Positions 63,101 to 64,000 of a stretch of DNA of 64,000 bases are shown piece by piece (position 1 is the stretch's first letter; each line of letters begins with the position of its first letter). Made by a program: the position numbers and the translations under genes. The notes under the pieces were generated by a model, which saw only the letters and a list, made by a program, of their open reading frames with translations, made no database searches and was not told where the DNA came from. This DNA comes from Octopus sinensis (taxonomy: Eukaryota), in contig NW_021833041.1 in NCBI RefSeq assembly GCF_006345805.1, positions 62,001 to 126,000 of the forward strand. Reading direction: 5' to 3'.

Positions 63101-64000
63101 GGACCTCATCATGAATGTCGAGGACATTCGCGTTGTTCATTTTAATCAAAATGCAGAAAATAATTTTTTGATTTTTTGGGGGGAAGGTTTTAAGGACTTC
63201 ATCATGTAAGTCGAGGACATTGTAGTTGTTCATTTTAACCAAAATGCAGAAAATTTTTTTTTAATTTTTTTTGGGGGGAAGGTTTTAAGGACTTCATCAT
63301 GTAAGTTGAGGACATTGTAGTTGTTCATTTTAACCAAAATGCAGAAAATTTTTTTTTAATTTTTTTGGGGGGAAGGTTTTAAGGACTTCATCATGTAAGT
63401 CGAGGACATTGTAGTTGTTCATTTTAACCAAAATGCAGAAAATTTTTTTTAATTTTTTTTGGGGGGGAAGGTTTTAAGGACTTCATCATGTAAGTCGAGA
63501 CATTGTAGTTGTTCATTTTAACCAAAATGCAGAAAATTTTTTTTTAATTTTTTTTGGGGGGAAGGTTTTAAGGACCTCATCATGTAAGTCGAGGACATCG
63601 TAGTTGTTCATTTTAACCAAAATGCAGAAAATTTTTTTTTAATTTTTTTTGGGGGGGAAGGTTTTAAGGACCTCATCATGTAAGTCGAGGACATCGTAGT
63701 TGTTCATTTTAACCAAAATGCAGAAAATTTTTTTTTAATTTTTTTGGGGGGAAGGTTTTAAGGACCTCATCATGTAAGTCGAGGACATCGAAGTTATTCA
63801 TTTTAACCAAAATGCAGAAAATTTTTTTTTAATTTTTTTGGGGGGGGAAGTTTTAAGGACCTTCATCATGTAAGTCGAGACATCGTAGTTGTTCATTTTA
63901 ACCAAAATGCAGAAAATTTTTTTTTAATTTTTTTTGGGGGGGGAAGTTTTAAGGACCTCATCATGTAAGTCGAGGACATCGTAGTTGTTCATTTTGAACC
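63101..64000. repeat. Minisatellite/satellite array, ~93-96-bp unit, at least 9.5 copies, running off the window end
   Basis: Unit starts at 63101, 63194, 63289, 63383, 63478, 63572, 63668, 63762, 63857 and 63953 (GGAC(C/T)TCATCATGTAAGTCGAGGACAT...AAAATGCAGAAAA...GGGGGAAGGTTTTAA). Copies differ mostly in homopolymer length. Confidence 0.97.

Noticed and set aside
63101-64000. CRISPR-like array
   Set aside because: The units are contiguous near-identical repeats with no unique spacers, in a eukaryotic context with no cas genes.
1-64000. Ciliate-type alternative genetic code, suggested by AT-richness and tiny introns
   Set aside because: Conserved genes end at TAA or TGA at the expected positions, and long exons have no in-frame TAA/TAG.
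1-64000. tRNA, rRNA, spliced-leader or telomeric repeats
   Set aside because: I saw no cloverleaf with A/B boxes, no rRNA conserved blocks and no telomere-like short repeats by eye; a covariance-model scan (tRNAscan-SE, Infernal/Rfam) would be needed to exclude them.

Overview
AT-rich eukaryotic (metazoan-type) genomic DNA in the standard genetic code, with very short spliceosomal introns (mostly 23-35 nt). This fits a compact parasitic animal such as a myxozoan or dicyemid, but the taxon cannot be fixed from the window. Host genes that I reassembled by hand across introns: Tctex1-domain dynein light chain (5' end unresolved), Rab22/Rab5-subfamily GTPase, conventional protein kinase C, MINPP1-like histidine phosphatase, phosphorylase kinase alpha subunit, RPL35, a coiled-coil protein resembling SIX6OS1, a divergent SZT2 (only partly assembled), and TFIP11. 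These sit among many transposons: two Tc1 elements, one pogo/Tigger, several hAT/Buster elements, a CGGBP1-like hAT, Ginger2/TDD, CRE- and R4-like RLE retrotransposons, LINE fragments, and a Helitron end followed by a ~95-bp tandem array. The top finding is an intact 5-exon gene at 5649-6436 (minus strand). It encodes a 212-aa fusion of a Tc1-transposase paired-like HTH with a dUTPase fold that has lost most catalytic motifs, and it has no TIRs or DDE domain, so it looks like a domesticated chimera. Second, a 1858-bp hAT with a perfect 8-bp TSD sits inside a coding exon of the otherwise intact splicing factor TFIP11, and in-frame cryptic splice sites could remove it. All family assignments come from motif recognition and recalled reference sequences; no database searches were run.
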